Positions 38,603-51,618 are shown, counted from the stretch's first letter. The stretch: DNA of 64,000 nt from Mobula hypostoma (GCF_963921235.1 NC_086108.1:28956001-29020000); one strand, 5' to 3'. A program made the numbers and translations. The notes: a model not told the origin generated them from the letters alone.

Positions 38603-39400
38603 TTCAAAAGTTTCAAAGGTACATTTCATGTTCGAGAAACGTATACAATGTACATCCTGAAATGTTTTTTCTTTGCAACCTTCCACAAAAACAGAGGAGG
38701 GCTCCAAAGAATGAATGACAGTTAAGTGTTAGAACCCCGAAGTCCCCCCCAGCTCTCCTCCCTCCTGCACATAAGAGGCAGCAAGCAACAATCTCCCCTC
38801 CACCCGCCGGCAAAAAAAAAGCATTGGCACCCGCCAGCGAGCACTCGAGCGTGAGCAAGGCAACAGCAAAGACACAGGCTTGCAGTACTCCAAAGACTAC
38901 ATTGTTCACCCGGCATCTGACATTCCCTAATAAGGGAGAAAAAGATGTTTCCATTTCACAGTGAGAGGGGCGACATTACAAACAACTTGCTGGTTTACAA
39001 TGTTAAAAGTCTGTTGCGTCACTTTTTTCCGAGTTCTGTGCCCAAAGATCTCAGGTCTCTGGGCACATAGCCAGAGATCTTCCGTCTCCAATGACACACC
39101 GATCTCCTGCCATGACACCGACCTTCGATCCACATGTTTCCAGAGTCACGAGATGTCAGTCCTCCGAAGACAAGCTGAACTCTTAGGCCGAGCCCTTGGT
39201 GTGCCGAATAATGGCCAGTCGTGAAACCCTGAGAGCGAGTCCCATTCCCGCAAAGAACCATTGTCAGCATGTAACTCCAGGTCAGGATCTTCAGAAGAAC
39301 CCTGAAAGGGAAAAATAGAGATGTTAAAGATGGAAATAGAGCTGTTTCTGAAGATGCAGGCAAAGGCGTTGCTGTTAGGCGTCATTAATCCTCCTTAGCT
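38603..39400 (-). mobile_element. Non-coding retroposon (SINE-like or non-autonomous LINE), unclassified
   Basis: Its 3' part is shared with about 19163-19473 and 31596-31670. It ends aaatgtacctttgaaacttttgaa and has no recognisable ORF. Confidence 0.6.
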
Positions 39401-39404
39401 CCTA

Positions 39405-39830
39405 ACCTATGTGAGTTGCTCGGTATTTGCATTGTCCAGGTTATCCAAAGCTGTGTGGGGTGCCACTGCAATTGCAACTGCTGTAGACACGTTGCGGCAA
39501 TAAATAACTTGCTGTGGGTCCAGGTCCTTCCTGAGACAGGTGTTGATTCTAGTCATGACCAATCTCTCAAAGGATTTCATCACCAGAGATGTGAATGCTA
39601 CTCGATGGTAGTCGTTAAGGCAGCTCACACTGCTCTTCTTGGGCACTAGTATAATAGTTGCCCTTTTGAAGCAGGTGGGAACTTCCGACTATAACAGTGC
39701 AAGTTTAAAACTATCTTTGAATATTCCCGTCAATTGATTGTCACAGGTTTTTAGAGCCTTACTAGGTACTCCATTGGGCCCTCCACCTTGTCAGGGTTCA
39801 CCCTCTTGTAAAACAGTCTGACAATGGCCT
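39405..39830 (-). mobile_element. Rex1/Babar RT fragment
   Basis: PKKSSVSCLNDYHRVAFTSLVMKSFERLV..LDPQQ in ORF 39407..39646. Confidence 0.8.
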
Positions 39831-40574
39831 CCAACGTCCTTAGTACATTCTTATCTTTCAGTCAGTAGGTTGTGGTCTCAAGTACTGGAGACTTGACCAC
39901 ATGATTCTGGTGACATCCTGGTACAATATGAAGAATCCATTGCGCTGTTGAAGCCGTTGTCTCTCAAGTAAGGCATTAAATCAGATCCATCTGTGCATGA
40001 AAAAGTTAATGAGGTGAAGGTCTGAAGATGAGCAGAGAGTTACCTTGGTATCCTGTCCAGTGTTTATCCCTTCCCTTATATCACAAATGAAAAGGTTATA
40101 TGTGTTGGGTTTGGCAACTGGATTTTTCCATATATACTTTATAGCGAGCTCAGGGATGATTTAACTTTTATTGTTGGCTGTAAGATAAAGAAGCTGAATA
40201 AGTCCGTTTCCCATATCCAGCATGGTTTAGTCTAACAGCAGGAAACTACTTTGATCTGGTCTCTAAGTTCAAAGACTTGTTTGAAAGACTGGTATAGCAT
40301 AAGATTTTTCTGAAAATCAAGTTAAGGTGAGTGTTATTCTCTTTAAACTTTGCTCCTGTTATTTGGTTCCCCTTTATGATGATTGAGAGCAAGTGGATAA
40401 GCTTGAAGAATATTCTATTCTTCACCTCAATAGCTCTTATTACAAAATTAAGATACACTGACCAAAGTAAGAATTATTTTTTTCAATGTAGGATCACCTG
40501 TATTGAATCAAAATTTCCTATGTTTAATCATGGTTATTCTTCCTAATATGGCCACTCCTACCCTCATCAAATAT

Positions 40575-40970
40575 TCTCTTTCTCTCTACAGCCCGTTACG
40601 ACGCTGGCATTTAGAGCAGCAAGGAAGGTCCTCTATCTCTGACAGTGTTCAGGGCTTCCTTCGTCATGTTAGTGTTTTTTTTTACTACTTTCAGTCACAC
40701 AAGTCCCAGAGGAGACTCAGGAATACTGTTGCATACAGATGTAGAAGGACTCTTCATCGCTGTTTCCATAACAATTTTTTTTCACCAGTCAGAGCTGAAC
40801 CCCTGAACCTGGAGGACGAGTGGACCACTCTTAGTCAGGCCTCTGCCCTTTTACCTGTTTGGCATGGCTGACCTTACCAAGAGCCAAAGGATAAAGCCCT
40901 GACTCTTGCCAGCATAGCTCTCTGGGTTATTGAGGCACACAAGCCTCCGAACCCTACAACAAGGTCTTGG
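40575..40970 (-). mobile_element. RTE-derived non-autonomous retroposon
   Basis: Minus-strand head ccttgttgtagggttcggaggcttgtgtgcctcaataacccagagagctatgctgg resembles RTE 5' ends; the 3' end is (ga)n-rich. Confidence 0.55.
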
Positions 40971-42612
40971 ATGATCAAATATTCACATGTTTCTTTAATT
41001 ATGCTCTGGCATGAGGAACTTGGATAATTATTTCCTGATTTTCTGTTGAACCTAACTTAACTTATAGAAGACAATTTTTCGATGTACGTGTACTAAAGCA
41101 TACTTCTGTACACGATAACGTTACTTAAAGCTGAAAAGTGAGCATACATTAAAACAGCAGTGTTATTGCAACAGCCATACATGTAATATTACAGCTGTTT
41201 TAGTGGATGCAGCCCTGGCCAATGTGATTGAGCTTTGCAGGAAGCCTTGTGAGATGGAAAGTTGGAAAAAATTCAAAATCTTGTAGAAGGAAAGGTAAAT
41301 TTCACAGTGTGAGTTTATAGGGAAATAGAGTTATGCAGACATGCAGCACAAAAATGGCTGTTCGATGACAACAGGGAACCATACCCATGTCGACAGTAGG
41401 GAAGCTATAACACGAATCTCATTTACCTGCACTTGGTCCATGGCCATCTGTGCTTTGCTGATTCAAGTGCTTGCCCAGATACTTATAAGACCATAATATA
41501 TAGGAACAGAATTAGGCCATTTGGCCCATTGAATTTGTTCTACTGTTTCATCATGGCTGATCCTTTTTCCCTCTCGGCCCCAATCTCCTGCCTTCTCCCC
41601 ATATCCCTTCATGCCCTGACTAATCAAGAATCTATCAACTTCTGCCTTAAATATACCAAACAACTTGTCTGCCATAGCGGCCTGTAGCAATGAATTCCAG
41701 AGATAACTTTGCACAAGTTGAGAGTATCACTCTCCCCCATCACCTTCTGCAGTGTATCCAGATTCCAGCTGCTCTGTACATGAAGAAGTTCTTCCTAAGA
41801 TTCCCTTCAACACTTTTATCCTTTACCCTTAACTTGTACTTTCAAAATACTGAATTAGAGAAAGTAGTACTGAGAAAGTATGCAAAAACTCTAAAGTACT
41901 ACATTAGAAAGACACATATCATCTCCAGTGAGGAAACCTTCTGATTAGCGCACATAATGCACAGAACAATGAGGTATTCTTTGTCAAACAGTACACAGCA
42001 AAAGTGAAACTAACTTCAGCAATTCAGAAGGGTATGGGAGTCATGAAGAGAAGGATTATGGCTTTATAGTTTTTTTTTGTATCACCCACAGTGCCAGAAA
42101 TGAATTAAAAATTTGTTTACAGAGCAGTGCAGGACAGGAACAGGACCTTTGGCTTGCAATGTTTGTGCTGAACATGATGCCAATTTAAACAGCGTATCTA
42201 CCTGCACATGATCATCCATGCACATCCATTCCATGTCCTTGTAGATGCAGCAAAGATAAGGTATCTAATTGTCAACGAGTACCTGTGGCCTTCCTTGATT
42301 TTCACATACTCTCCTGATAAGACAACATGAATTTTTGTGCTCAGTATTTGATACCTTGAAGAAAGCTTAGAACAGAGAACATAGAACATAGAATAGTACA
42401 GCACAGTACAGGCCCTTCGGCCCACAATGTTGTGCCAACCCTCAAACCCTGCCTCCCATATAAGCCCCCACCTTAAATTCCTCCATACACCTGTCTAGTA
42501 GTCTCTTAAACTTCAAACAACAGGAATTCTGCAGATGCTGGAAATTCAAGCAACATACATCAAAGTTGCTGGTGAATGCAGCAGGCCAGGCAGCATCTGT
42601 AGGAAGAGGTGC

Positions 42613-42648
42613 AGTCAACGTTTCAGGCCGATACCCTTCATCAGGACT
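42613..42648 (-). ncRNA. Minimal type-I hammerhead ribozyme, intact core, GUU site
   Basis: Minus strand AGTC CTGATGA A GGGTATCGGCCT GAAAC GTT GACT. Confidence 0.8.
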
Positions 42649-42942
42649 AACTGAAGGAAGAGTGAGTAAGGGATTTGAAAGTTGGAGGGGGAGGGGGAGA
42701 TCCAAAATGATAGGAGAAGACAGGAGCGGGAGGGATAGAGCCAAGAGCTGGACAGGTGATAGGCAAAAGGGGATACGAGAGGATCATGGGACAGGAAGTC
42801 CGGGAAGAAAGACAAGGGGGGGGGGACCCAGAGGATGGGCAAGAGGTATATTCAGAGGGACAGAGGGAGAAAAAGGAGAGTGAGAGAAAGAATGTGTGCA
42901 TAAAAATGAGTAACAGATGGGGTACGAGGGGGAGGTGGGGCC

Positions 42943-43269
42943 TTAGCGGAAGTTAGAGAAGTCGATGTTCATGCCATCAGGTTGGAGGCTACCCAGACGG
43001 AATATAAGGTGTTGTTCCTCCAACCTGAGTGTGGCTTCATCTTTACAGTAGAGGAGGCCGTGGATAGACATATCAGAATGGGAAAGGGATGTGGAATTAA
43101 AATGTGTGGCCACTGGGAGATCCTGCTTTCTCTGGCGGACAGAGCATAGATGTTCAGCAAAGCGGTCTCCCAGTCTGCGTCGGGTCTCGCCAATATATAA
43201 AAGGCCACATCGGGAGCACCGGACGCAGTATATCACCCCAGTCGACTCACAGGTGAAGTGTTGCCTCAC
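42943..43269 (-). CDS. Penelope GIY-YIG endonuclease domain (fragment of the element ORF)
   Basis: FTCESTGVIYCVRCSRCGLLYIGETRRRLGDRFAEH..EEQHLIFRLGSLQPDGMNIDF. Confidence 0.85.
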   Translation of the reverse strand: MRQHFTCESTGVIYCVRCSRCGLLYIGETRRRLGDRFAEHLCSVRQRKQDLPVATHFNSTSLSHSDMSIHGLLYCKDEATLRLEEQHLIFRLGSLQPDGMNIDFSNFR

Positions 43270-46200
43270 CTGGAAGGACTGTTTGGGGCCCTGAATGGTG
43301 GTAAGGGAGGAAGTGTAAGGGCAAGTGTAGCACTTGTTCCGCTTACACGGATAAGTGCCAGGAGGGAGATCAGTGGGGAGGGATGTGGGGGACGAATGTT
43401 CTTAAACTTCACTAGTGTATCTGCCTCCACCACTGACTCAGGCAGTGCATTCCACGCACCAACCACTCTCTGGGTGAAAAACCTTCCTCTAATATCCCCC
43501 TTGAACTTCCCACGCCTTACCTTAAGGCCATGTCCTCTTGTATTGAGCAGTGGTGCCCTGGGGAAGAGGCACTGACCATCCACTCTATCTATTCCCCTTA
43601 TTATCTTGTACACTTCTATCATGTCTCCTCTCATCCTCCTTCTCTCCAAAGAGTAAAGCCGTAGCTCCCTTAATCTCTGATCATAATGCATACTCCCTAA
43701 ACCAGGCAGCATCCTGGTAAATCTCCTCTGTACCCTTTCCAATGCTTCCACATCCTTCCTATAGTGAGGCGACCAGAACTGGACACAGTACTCCAAATGT
43801 GCCCTAACCAGAGTTTTACAGAGCTGCATCATTACATCACGACTCTTAAACTCTATCCCTCGACTTATGAAAGCTGACGCCCTATAAGCTTTCTTAACTA
43901 CCCTATCCACCTGTGAGGCAACTTTCAGGGAGTTGTGGACATTAACCCCCAGATCCCTCTGCTCCTCCACACTACCAAGTATCCTGCCATTTACTTTATA
44001 CTCTGCCTTGGAGTTTGTCCTTCCAAAGTGTACCACCTCACACTTCTCCGGGTTGAACTCCATCTGCCACTTCTCAGCCCACTTCTGCATCCTATCAATG
44101 TCTCCCTGCAATCTTCGACAATCCTCTACACTATCTACAACACCACCAACCTTTGTGTCGTCTGCAAACTTGCCAACTCACCTTTTTACCCCCACATCCA
44201 GGTCGTTAATAAAAATCACGAAAAGTAGAGGTCCCAGAACAGATGCTTGTGGGGCACCACTAGTCACAATCCTCCAATCTGAATGTACTCCCTCCACCAC
44301 GACCCACTGCCTTCTGCAGGCAAGCCAATTCTGAATGCACCTGGCCAAACTTCCCTGGATACCATGCCTTCTGACTTTCTGAATAAGCCTGCAGTGTGGA
44401 ACCTTGTCAAATGCCTTACTAAAATCCATATAGATCACATCCACTGCACTACTCTCATCTATATGCCTGGCCACCTCCTCAAAGAACTCTATCAGACTTG
44501 TTAGACACGATCTGACCTTCACAAAGCCATGCTGACTGACCCTGATCAGGCCATGATTCTCTAAATGCCCAGAGATTTTATCTCTAAGAATCTTTTCCAA
44601 CAGCTCTCCCACCACAGACGTAAGGCTCACTGGTCTATAATTACCCGGACTATCCCTACTACCTTTTTTGAACAAGGGGACAACATTCGCCTCCCTCCAA
44701 TCCTCAGGTACCATTCCCGTGGACAACGAGGACATAAAGATCCTAGCCAGAGGCTCAGCAATCTCTTCCCTTGCCTCGTGGAGCAGCCTGGGGACTATTC
44801 CGTCAGGCCCTGGGGACTTATCCATCCTAATGTATTTCAACAACTCCAACACCTCCTCTCCCTTAATATCAACATGCTCCAGAACATCAACCTCACTCAT
44901 ATTGTCCTCATCATCATCAAGTTCCCTCTCATTGGTGAATACCGAAGAGAAGTAATCATTGAGGACCTCGCTCACTTCCATAGCCTCCAGGCACATCCTC
45001 CTACCTTTATTTCTAATCGGTCCTACCTTCACTCCTGTCATCCGTTTTTTCTTCACATAATTGAAGAATGCCTTGGGGTTTTCCTTTACCCTACTTGCCA
45101 AGGCCTTCTCGTGCTCCCTTCTTGCTCTTCTCAGCCCCTTCTTAAGCTCCTTTCTTGCTTCCCTATATTCCTCAATAGACCCATCTGATTCTAGCTTCCT
45201 AAACCTCATGTATGCTGCCTTCTTGCACCTGACTAGATTTTCCACCTCACTTGTCACCCATGGTTCCTTCACCCTACCATTCTTTATCTTCCTCACCGGG
45301 ACAAATTTATCCCTAACATCCTGCAAGAGATCTCTAAACATCGATCACATGTCCATAGTACATTTCCCTGCAAAAACATCATCCCAATTCACACCCACAA
45401 GTTCTAGCCTTATAGCCTCATAATTTTCCCTTCCCCAATTAAAAATTTTCCTGTCCTCTCCAATTCTATCCTTTTCTATGATAACGCTAAAGGCCAGGGA
45501 GCGGTGGTCACTGTCCCCTAGATGCTCACCCACTGAGAGAACTGTGACCTGACCTGCTTCATTACCTAGTACTTGATCTAATATGGCATTCCCCCTAGTC
45601 CACATACTTTGACAGGAATCCGTCCTGGACAACACTTAACAAACTCTGCCCCATCTAAACCCTTGGAACTAATCAGGTGCCAATCAATATTAGGGAAGTT
45701 AAAGTCACCCATGATAACAACCCTGTTATTTTTGCACCTTTCCAAAATCTGCCTCCCAATCTGCTCCTCTGTATCTCTGCTGCTACCAGGGGGCCTATAG
45801 AATACCCCCACTAGAGTAACTGCTCCCTTCCTGTTCCTGACTTCCACCCATACTGACTCAAAAGATGATCCTGCTACATTACCCACCCTTTCTGTAGCTG
45901 TAATAGTATCCCTGACCAGTATTGCCACCCTTCCTCCCCTTTTTCCACCCTCTCTATCCCTTTTAAAGTACTGAAATCCAGGAATATTGAGAATCCATTC
46001 CTGCCCTGGTGCCAGCCAAGTCTCTGTAATGGCTACATCATAATTCCATGTGTGTATCCAAGCTCTCAGTTCATCACCTTTATTCCTGATGCATTGAGGT
46101 ACACACATTTCAGCCCTTCTACCTTACTGTCTTTACACCGTTTATTCTGCTTCTCTTTCCTCAAAGCCTCGCTATATATTAGATCTGGCTTTACAAAGCT

Positions 46201-49079
46201 TGTAAGTAACAAAACTTATATAATTTGCAGATGCAAGAAATCTGAAAAAGAAAAAGAGAAAATGTTAGAAAAACTCAACAGGTAAGGCAGCACCAGAACT
46301 TTTCTGATGTAAAGTTATTGATCTGCTTCTCCCTGTCTAAATGCTGTTTCTTCTTCTAATTATAACATGTGTTATATTACTGGAAGATAATTATATTTTA
46401 AAATAGATTTTCAGTGAAATCAAAATTGAAATCAGAATGGGATTCGACAGGATACAATTCTGCTTTAATTCATTAAACTGTCTTTGAGTGTTGTAAGATT
46501 CTACAATTACATAATTTATTATCTAATTTTATGAAATTCGATGTTCTCTATAATCTGCTGATCAATAATATCCTCATAAATTTTTAGGACTTCATTTTGA
46601 GTAAGGCTGATCAATTCCAATCAATATTTCTGGAGAAGAAATTCAAAAGCTGGAAATTCCAAATTGGAGCTGGATTGAAAAATAGAATTAAACTTGTGGG
46701 CCAAAGGGCCTGTATTGTGCTGTATGGTTTCTATGTTTCTAAACCAGTTCTAAAGTAGAGGATCAACATCAAACTAGTGTGATAGGACTAAACAGTATGC
46801 TTGTATGTTGACATGTGCTGTAACTACAGAACAGGATGCTTTCACTTTTGGCATTACAACTGATTTCTAAACGTAAATCCAAACTGCCTATTCTCCAAGC
46901 AGTTGCCACTGATATCCCTTAAGGAAAGAAATTAACCTGCAAACAAAATATTTTTCTTTATTATTCTGTATAGCTTTGTGATTATTAATTCACAATAGAT
47001 AACACTAAGTACTGCCATAAAGAGTCTCAAGTGATTTGTGGTTTGAAACTAATTAATGCAACACATACAGTTCCTGTGGGACTCATTTGCACTAACATAT
47101 ATAAAGTAGGCCCTATGGGGCAACTTCTGTTTATGTTGTTCCATCGTTAAGTTGTCCACAATTTATTGCTAGGAGTATTCAAATCTAATATACTGATTTC
47201 TTATTGATCACTGAACCACGCCCCTTCGACATACACAAAATAGTCTCCCAATGTGAATATATGACATGTTAAACTTACGGTGTTGCATCACAGGACATGG
47301 CCAGCTCCACAATGCTGCTGAAATAGCACCAAACTATGCTGTTATCCCTGATGCATGAAGAGATCATGTTCAAATCCACTGATGTAGAATTTCTATAAAG
47401 CAATGAGCAAGACCATGCAGTTGTCCAAAATATTGTAGATACCCTGACAATGCAATCTAATTTAAAAATTTGATCAATTGCTACAAATAACTTAAAATTA
47501 TAATTGTTATAGTATAACATAGAATATTCTCCAATTCATCGTCAGGAATACCCGTTGCTAGAAATTGGACTACACCTGAGAATACATTGATGTATGTTCA
47601 TGCTCACTGTTGAGAAATGTGGGTGTGGGGTGCACAGGGAGCTGTAGTCATAAGTCCGTTTTATGTGATTCTACCCAACAGATTACTCTATTGCATATGA
47701 AGTCAAAGGTGTATATGCAAAGGAATAGGCATTGCAGAACAGAAACACTAGTAAGCCCCTGTATAGAGCATTTGCAAGGTAGTAAGTTGAGCAGTGATAG
47801 AGGTGTGGTGTTGTTGTAGCAAGGGTTATAGGAAGGGAAGAGAAGATGAGGAGGGTAGAGGAAGGGTAACGCAGAGAGGATTATCCAATGATCAGCAGAA
47901 CCCAACAAAGGTTGGTGGGGATTGGTTGAGTTGGTTTTCAAAAGCAGGTTGGGCTGTTAGTTTTGTTGACTGGGATGGGTGAGTGGTGCAGGGGTTTCCG
48001 TGAGGACTTAAGTAGTGGGGAAAAGGATAGTGTGAGAACAACCATGAAGAAAACCATGTAAAGGAGAACATATTTGGAAAGGGAACAATCAGGAACTTTT
48101 TCACTGAGTCAGGTAATTTTGGGTCTCCTGTCAATATTACTGAATTGGGACTCGTTTGACTGATTAAGCCCACCTTCAAAGGACCTCGTAAGCACAAAGA
48201 AACATTTGACAAGTGCAATGGAAACTTGCGTTACACATCCTTCAATGGGACTGCAGATGACCATGAGCATCTATATGTGGAGGACTACAATAGAAATCCA
48301 GAAATGTGCTACTGATGCACTCAGCATTCATCTGAGATTTTGCTGAAGTTTCAACACATGGTACAAAATAAAGAAATTTGTAAGCCCATGCTGTAACATT
48401 TACAATATATTAAAATTCTTTCTACATAATATACTACATTGGATCCTAATTTAAAAACATCCCCTGTAGAAAATATGATGTAATTAACTCCAAGCTACTA
48501 AACTTCAGTTGCATGAAGATAGTCTAATACAAATCAGTGTCAAAACAGAACCATGAACAGTCTTAAGTTGATTTTGTATTACATATGCTTCATTTGATAA
48601 TAATTATATTTGCATGGATCTTTCAGTAACTAATATTTCTAAAAACCAAATTAACATTTTGAAGATTAAAAATTTTAAAAGTTTTATATTTTTCTGAGTA
48701 AGTCATTAAATTTAAGCTATCTTTGTGTCTTTTAAATCTTCTGTGTAAGTTTTTATTTAAGGCCTCACTTGCCCACAATAAAGCTGATATTTGAATTGTG
48801 TAGTTTTGGATAAATTGAATCCTAATCTCGCGTATTTTATGTGTCAAATAATACTAAAGGATAGATACGGTGCACACAGCAACACTGAAGGTATTCCATT
48901 GTAGAGTTAGCTGTTTCAACCAGGGCCAAGTATCTGGTCTGAAATATTGATTGAGAGTTGTGATTCTGAAGGCTGGAAGTACATCCTGTACGACAACCAT
49001 GTGCCAGTCTCCTGCTACTAGAGGCTGCACTTGGATAGTTTACTATGGGAACACTATTGATCCACTCTTGACAGTTTCT

Positions 49080-49081
<2 letters not shown>

Positions 49082-49112
<31 letters not shown>
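49082..49112. repeat. (TA)n microsatellite
   Basis: Direct reading. Confidence 0.95.
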
Positions 49113-49115
<3 letters not shown>

Positions 49116-49627
49116 AGGAAAGTTTGGAGTTCAGGTTTAAAAGCTTTGTCACATTTTTTATATAAATAAGAAGTTACATAGTGGTAATTTTGATCTCACT
49201 TAACTTGACGATGGTCAGAGGTGGGTGTTAAGGTTTGGCTCAGTAAATCTATGGAACCTTGATATCAACTTATCGTGACCATGGAAGGCTTGGAGATCTC
49301 TCCTGTAGTTACCTCTGGGGAGGCTCTATCTATCTCTGTTCCTCAAATTTTGACAGTCTCTTTAAGTTCACAGTTGCAGCAACCTGACAGTGAAAGGGGG
49401 ACAGTGACTGTAGGAGCTGGCTGATAAGAGCTTTACTGCACACTATTTACATACCAGAGAGTTAAGAGTCCTCTGACCCCTTGTAGAGATCTACTGCTCT
49501 GAGCTGCCATACCCTGCTCCACTCTACTCATCAACAGTGCTTAATGGGCAATGTCTCCGGAATTTCATACTTTGCAATTCTCCATTCCAGTGAACCATGG
49601 GTGCTTAGTCATTCAAAGCTAAGGGAC

Positions 49628-49856
49628 TGAAGCACCTTCAAAAACTCCAAAAGACTGAAGTTGGGTAAAATACTGAAAGGCTTTTATTCGCTGTACAATA
49701 TGATTTCTATGGTGAGTGTCTGCCCCCGGACTGAGGGGGAGGGGCAAGGCGAACACCTTTATACAGGAATCTGTGGGAGGAGCCACAGGGGCAGTCAGCA
49801 GAGGGGCGTGTCCAGACAGGTAACCCAGTTACAACATATATATATGGTTTACCACA
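49628..49856 (-). mobile_element. Solo LTR (229 bp), probably Gypsy-type
   Basis: Minus strand runs TG..CA with tataaa then aataaa in the expected order. Flanks gggac (49623-27) / aggac (49857-61) form a candidate TSD. Confidence 0.8.
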
Positions 49857-50394
49857 AGGACACACAGTCGACTTCTGGAATCTATGGGACCCAGGGCATT
49901 TGGTGATAGGAACTTTGGAGCTGAATGGCTTTGCTCAGTCCCACTGATTATAGTATTGGTAAATTGCTCCCCTCCTTTTTTTTTCAATACACGATCATTC
50001 TTCTAAACTCCATACAAAGAGTACAGGTCGAAATTTTTAAGCTGTTCATGAAATGAGAGACTTCTCATTCTAGGAGTAAGCTAAGTGCATCTCTTCTGTA
50101 CTATCTCCTATGCTTACGTTATAGTATCATAAACTCTGCGCAGTGCTCTAAGTAAGGGCTCACTGACACTATGCAATGCTTCTCTATTTTTAAATTCCAA
50201 CACCTCAAAAAAGGCTAACAGGCCCTTTCCCTCCCTAACTGCTTCCAGTATGCTAACCTTTTGTGCTTCATGCACGAGAACACATAGATCCGACTCTATT
50301 TCACTCATTTTTTCACAGGAGCCGTGATGTGTTAGTGGTTGTTCTCATTTTCGTATTCTCTAACAGCAAACTGGAACGGATGAAGCAGACTCAT

Positions 50395-50720
50395 GAGCAG
50401 GTTTAATATCACCGGCAAATGTGGAATTTATTAACTTTGTGGCAGCAGTACAATGCAGTACATGATAATATAGGGAAATAAAGTAAATCAATTACAATAA
50501 GTAATTAAATAGCTAAATTAAAAATAGTGCGAGCACCGAGATAACAAAAAAGTGCGGTAGTGTTCATGGGTTCAATATCCATTTAGGAATCGGATGGCAG
50601 AGGGGAAGAAGCTGTTCCTGGATCACTGAGTGTGTGCCTTCAGGCTCCTGTACCTCCTTCCTGATGGTAACAAGGAGAAGAGGGCATGTCCTGGGTGATG
50701 TGGTCCTTAATAATGGACAC
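50395..50720 (-). mobile_element. Rex1/Babar 3' fragment
   Basis: Similar to about 33490-33850 (gaggggaagaagctgttcctg..gggcatgtcctgggtg). Confidence 0.8.
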
Positions 50721-51385
50721 CACACAATCTTTAATTAATACTTAAAGGTAATAACCCAGTGTTATATAAACATGTGAATGTACAGCTGTGATTAAGATAG
50801 AAATTAGACAAATTATACTGTAAGGAAAATGATTTTGTTTTAAGGTTCTTTGAAGATGAAGTATTTATAGAAGGGAGTTAAAATCCACCTTCCTAAAGTT
50901 AGCGTTTTAAGGCCAGTGGGATCTGAAAGCAGAAAACATATTATGTTTAAAACTCTGTTAAACTTTATGCAACATTGTCAGAGCATTTGTGACAAGTCTG
51001 CTTTTTAAATCCATACAGTTTCCCTTTCATGCCATTGAAGCAAGCTGCAAATATCACACAACCTGATATGAAGTATTGATTCACTGACTACGGTATCGGG
51101 ATTTCCATATTAAACTGCATATGTGTGGAAATCCTGAAGTTGTAGCCTGTTGCATAGTACCAAGGACCATTGTTATACAATTGGTTCTGCCAAATTCAGG
51201 TCATTGGTTGGTTCTTAGTCAATCAACATTTGAATATTCACAATCACATCACTGCAATACCCTTTTCAGCCCTCTTTGTCATTTTATAATTTCTTTGATT
51301 TTCACAAGTAAAAGTTGGTATGCAAATATTTATAAAAGTTGCTGGTGAATGCAGCAGGCCAGGCAGCATCTCTAGGAAGAGGTAC

Positions 51386-51421
51386 AGTCGACGTTTCAGG
51401 CCGAGACCCTTCGTCAGGACT
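51386..51421 (-). ncRNA. Minimal type-I hammerhead ribozyme, intact core, GUC site
   Basis: Minus strand AGTC CTGACGA A GGGTCTCGGCCT GAAAC GTC GACT. Stem I is AGTC/GACT, stem II is GGGT-CTCG-GCCT, and ACGT is palindromic in stem/loop III. Confidence 0.85.
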
Positions 51422-51618
51422 AACTGAAAGAAGAGATAGTAAGAGATTTGAAAGTGGGAGGGGGAGGGGGAGATCTGAAATGTTAGGAGAAGACAGGAGG
51501 GGGAGAGATGGAGCTAAGAGCTGGAAAGTTGATTGGCAAAAGGGATATGAAAGGATCATGAGACGGGAGGCCTAGGGAGAAAGAAAAGGGGAGGGGGGAA
51601 TCCTAGAGGATGGTCAAG

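Larger units (their letters stand above)
42515..43399 (-). mobile_element. 5'-truncated Penelope-like element
   Basis: GIY-YIG coding region plus a terminal repeat region with an HHR. TSD tcttaaacttc(a) at 42504-42515 and 43400-43411, inside the CR1. Confidence 0.92.
42369..46194 (-). mobile_element. CR1 LINE with nearly complete disrupted ORF2, interrupted by Penelope
   Basis: Endonuclease (AITETWL, GVFYRPP, IMGDFNFP, GDSDH), RT ([35 protein letters not shown]) and C-terminus in ORFs 45578..46108, 45345..45635, 44178..45341 and 43266..44111. TSD aaagctt at 42362-68 and 46195-46201. Confidence 0.95.

Noticed and set aside
43266..44111. 281-aa ORF with an unusual C-terminus, suggesting a novel fusion
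   Set aside because: It is the CR1 ORF2 C-terminus reading out of frame into the inserted Penelope element.
44565..45423. Long plus-strand ORFs (207, 95 and 120 aa)
   Set aside because: Antisense shadows of the CR1 reverse transcriptase.
51339..51575. Recurring small proteins such as MLVNAAGQAASLGRG and PETSTAPLPTDAAWPAAF
   Set aside because: Translations of the non-coding Penelope terminus; its conservation is better explained by the ribozyme and by repeat copy number.
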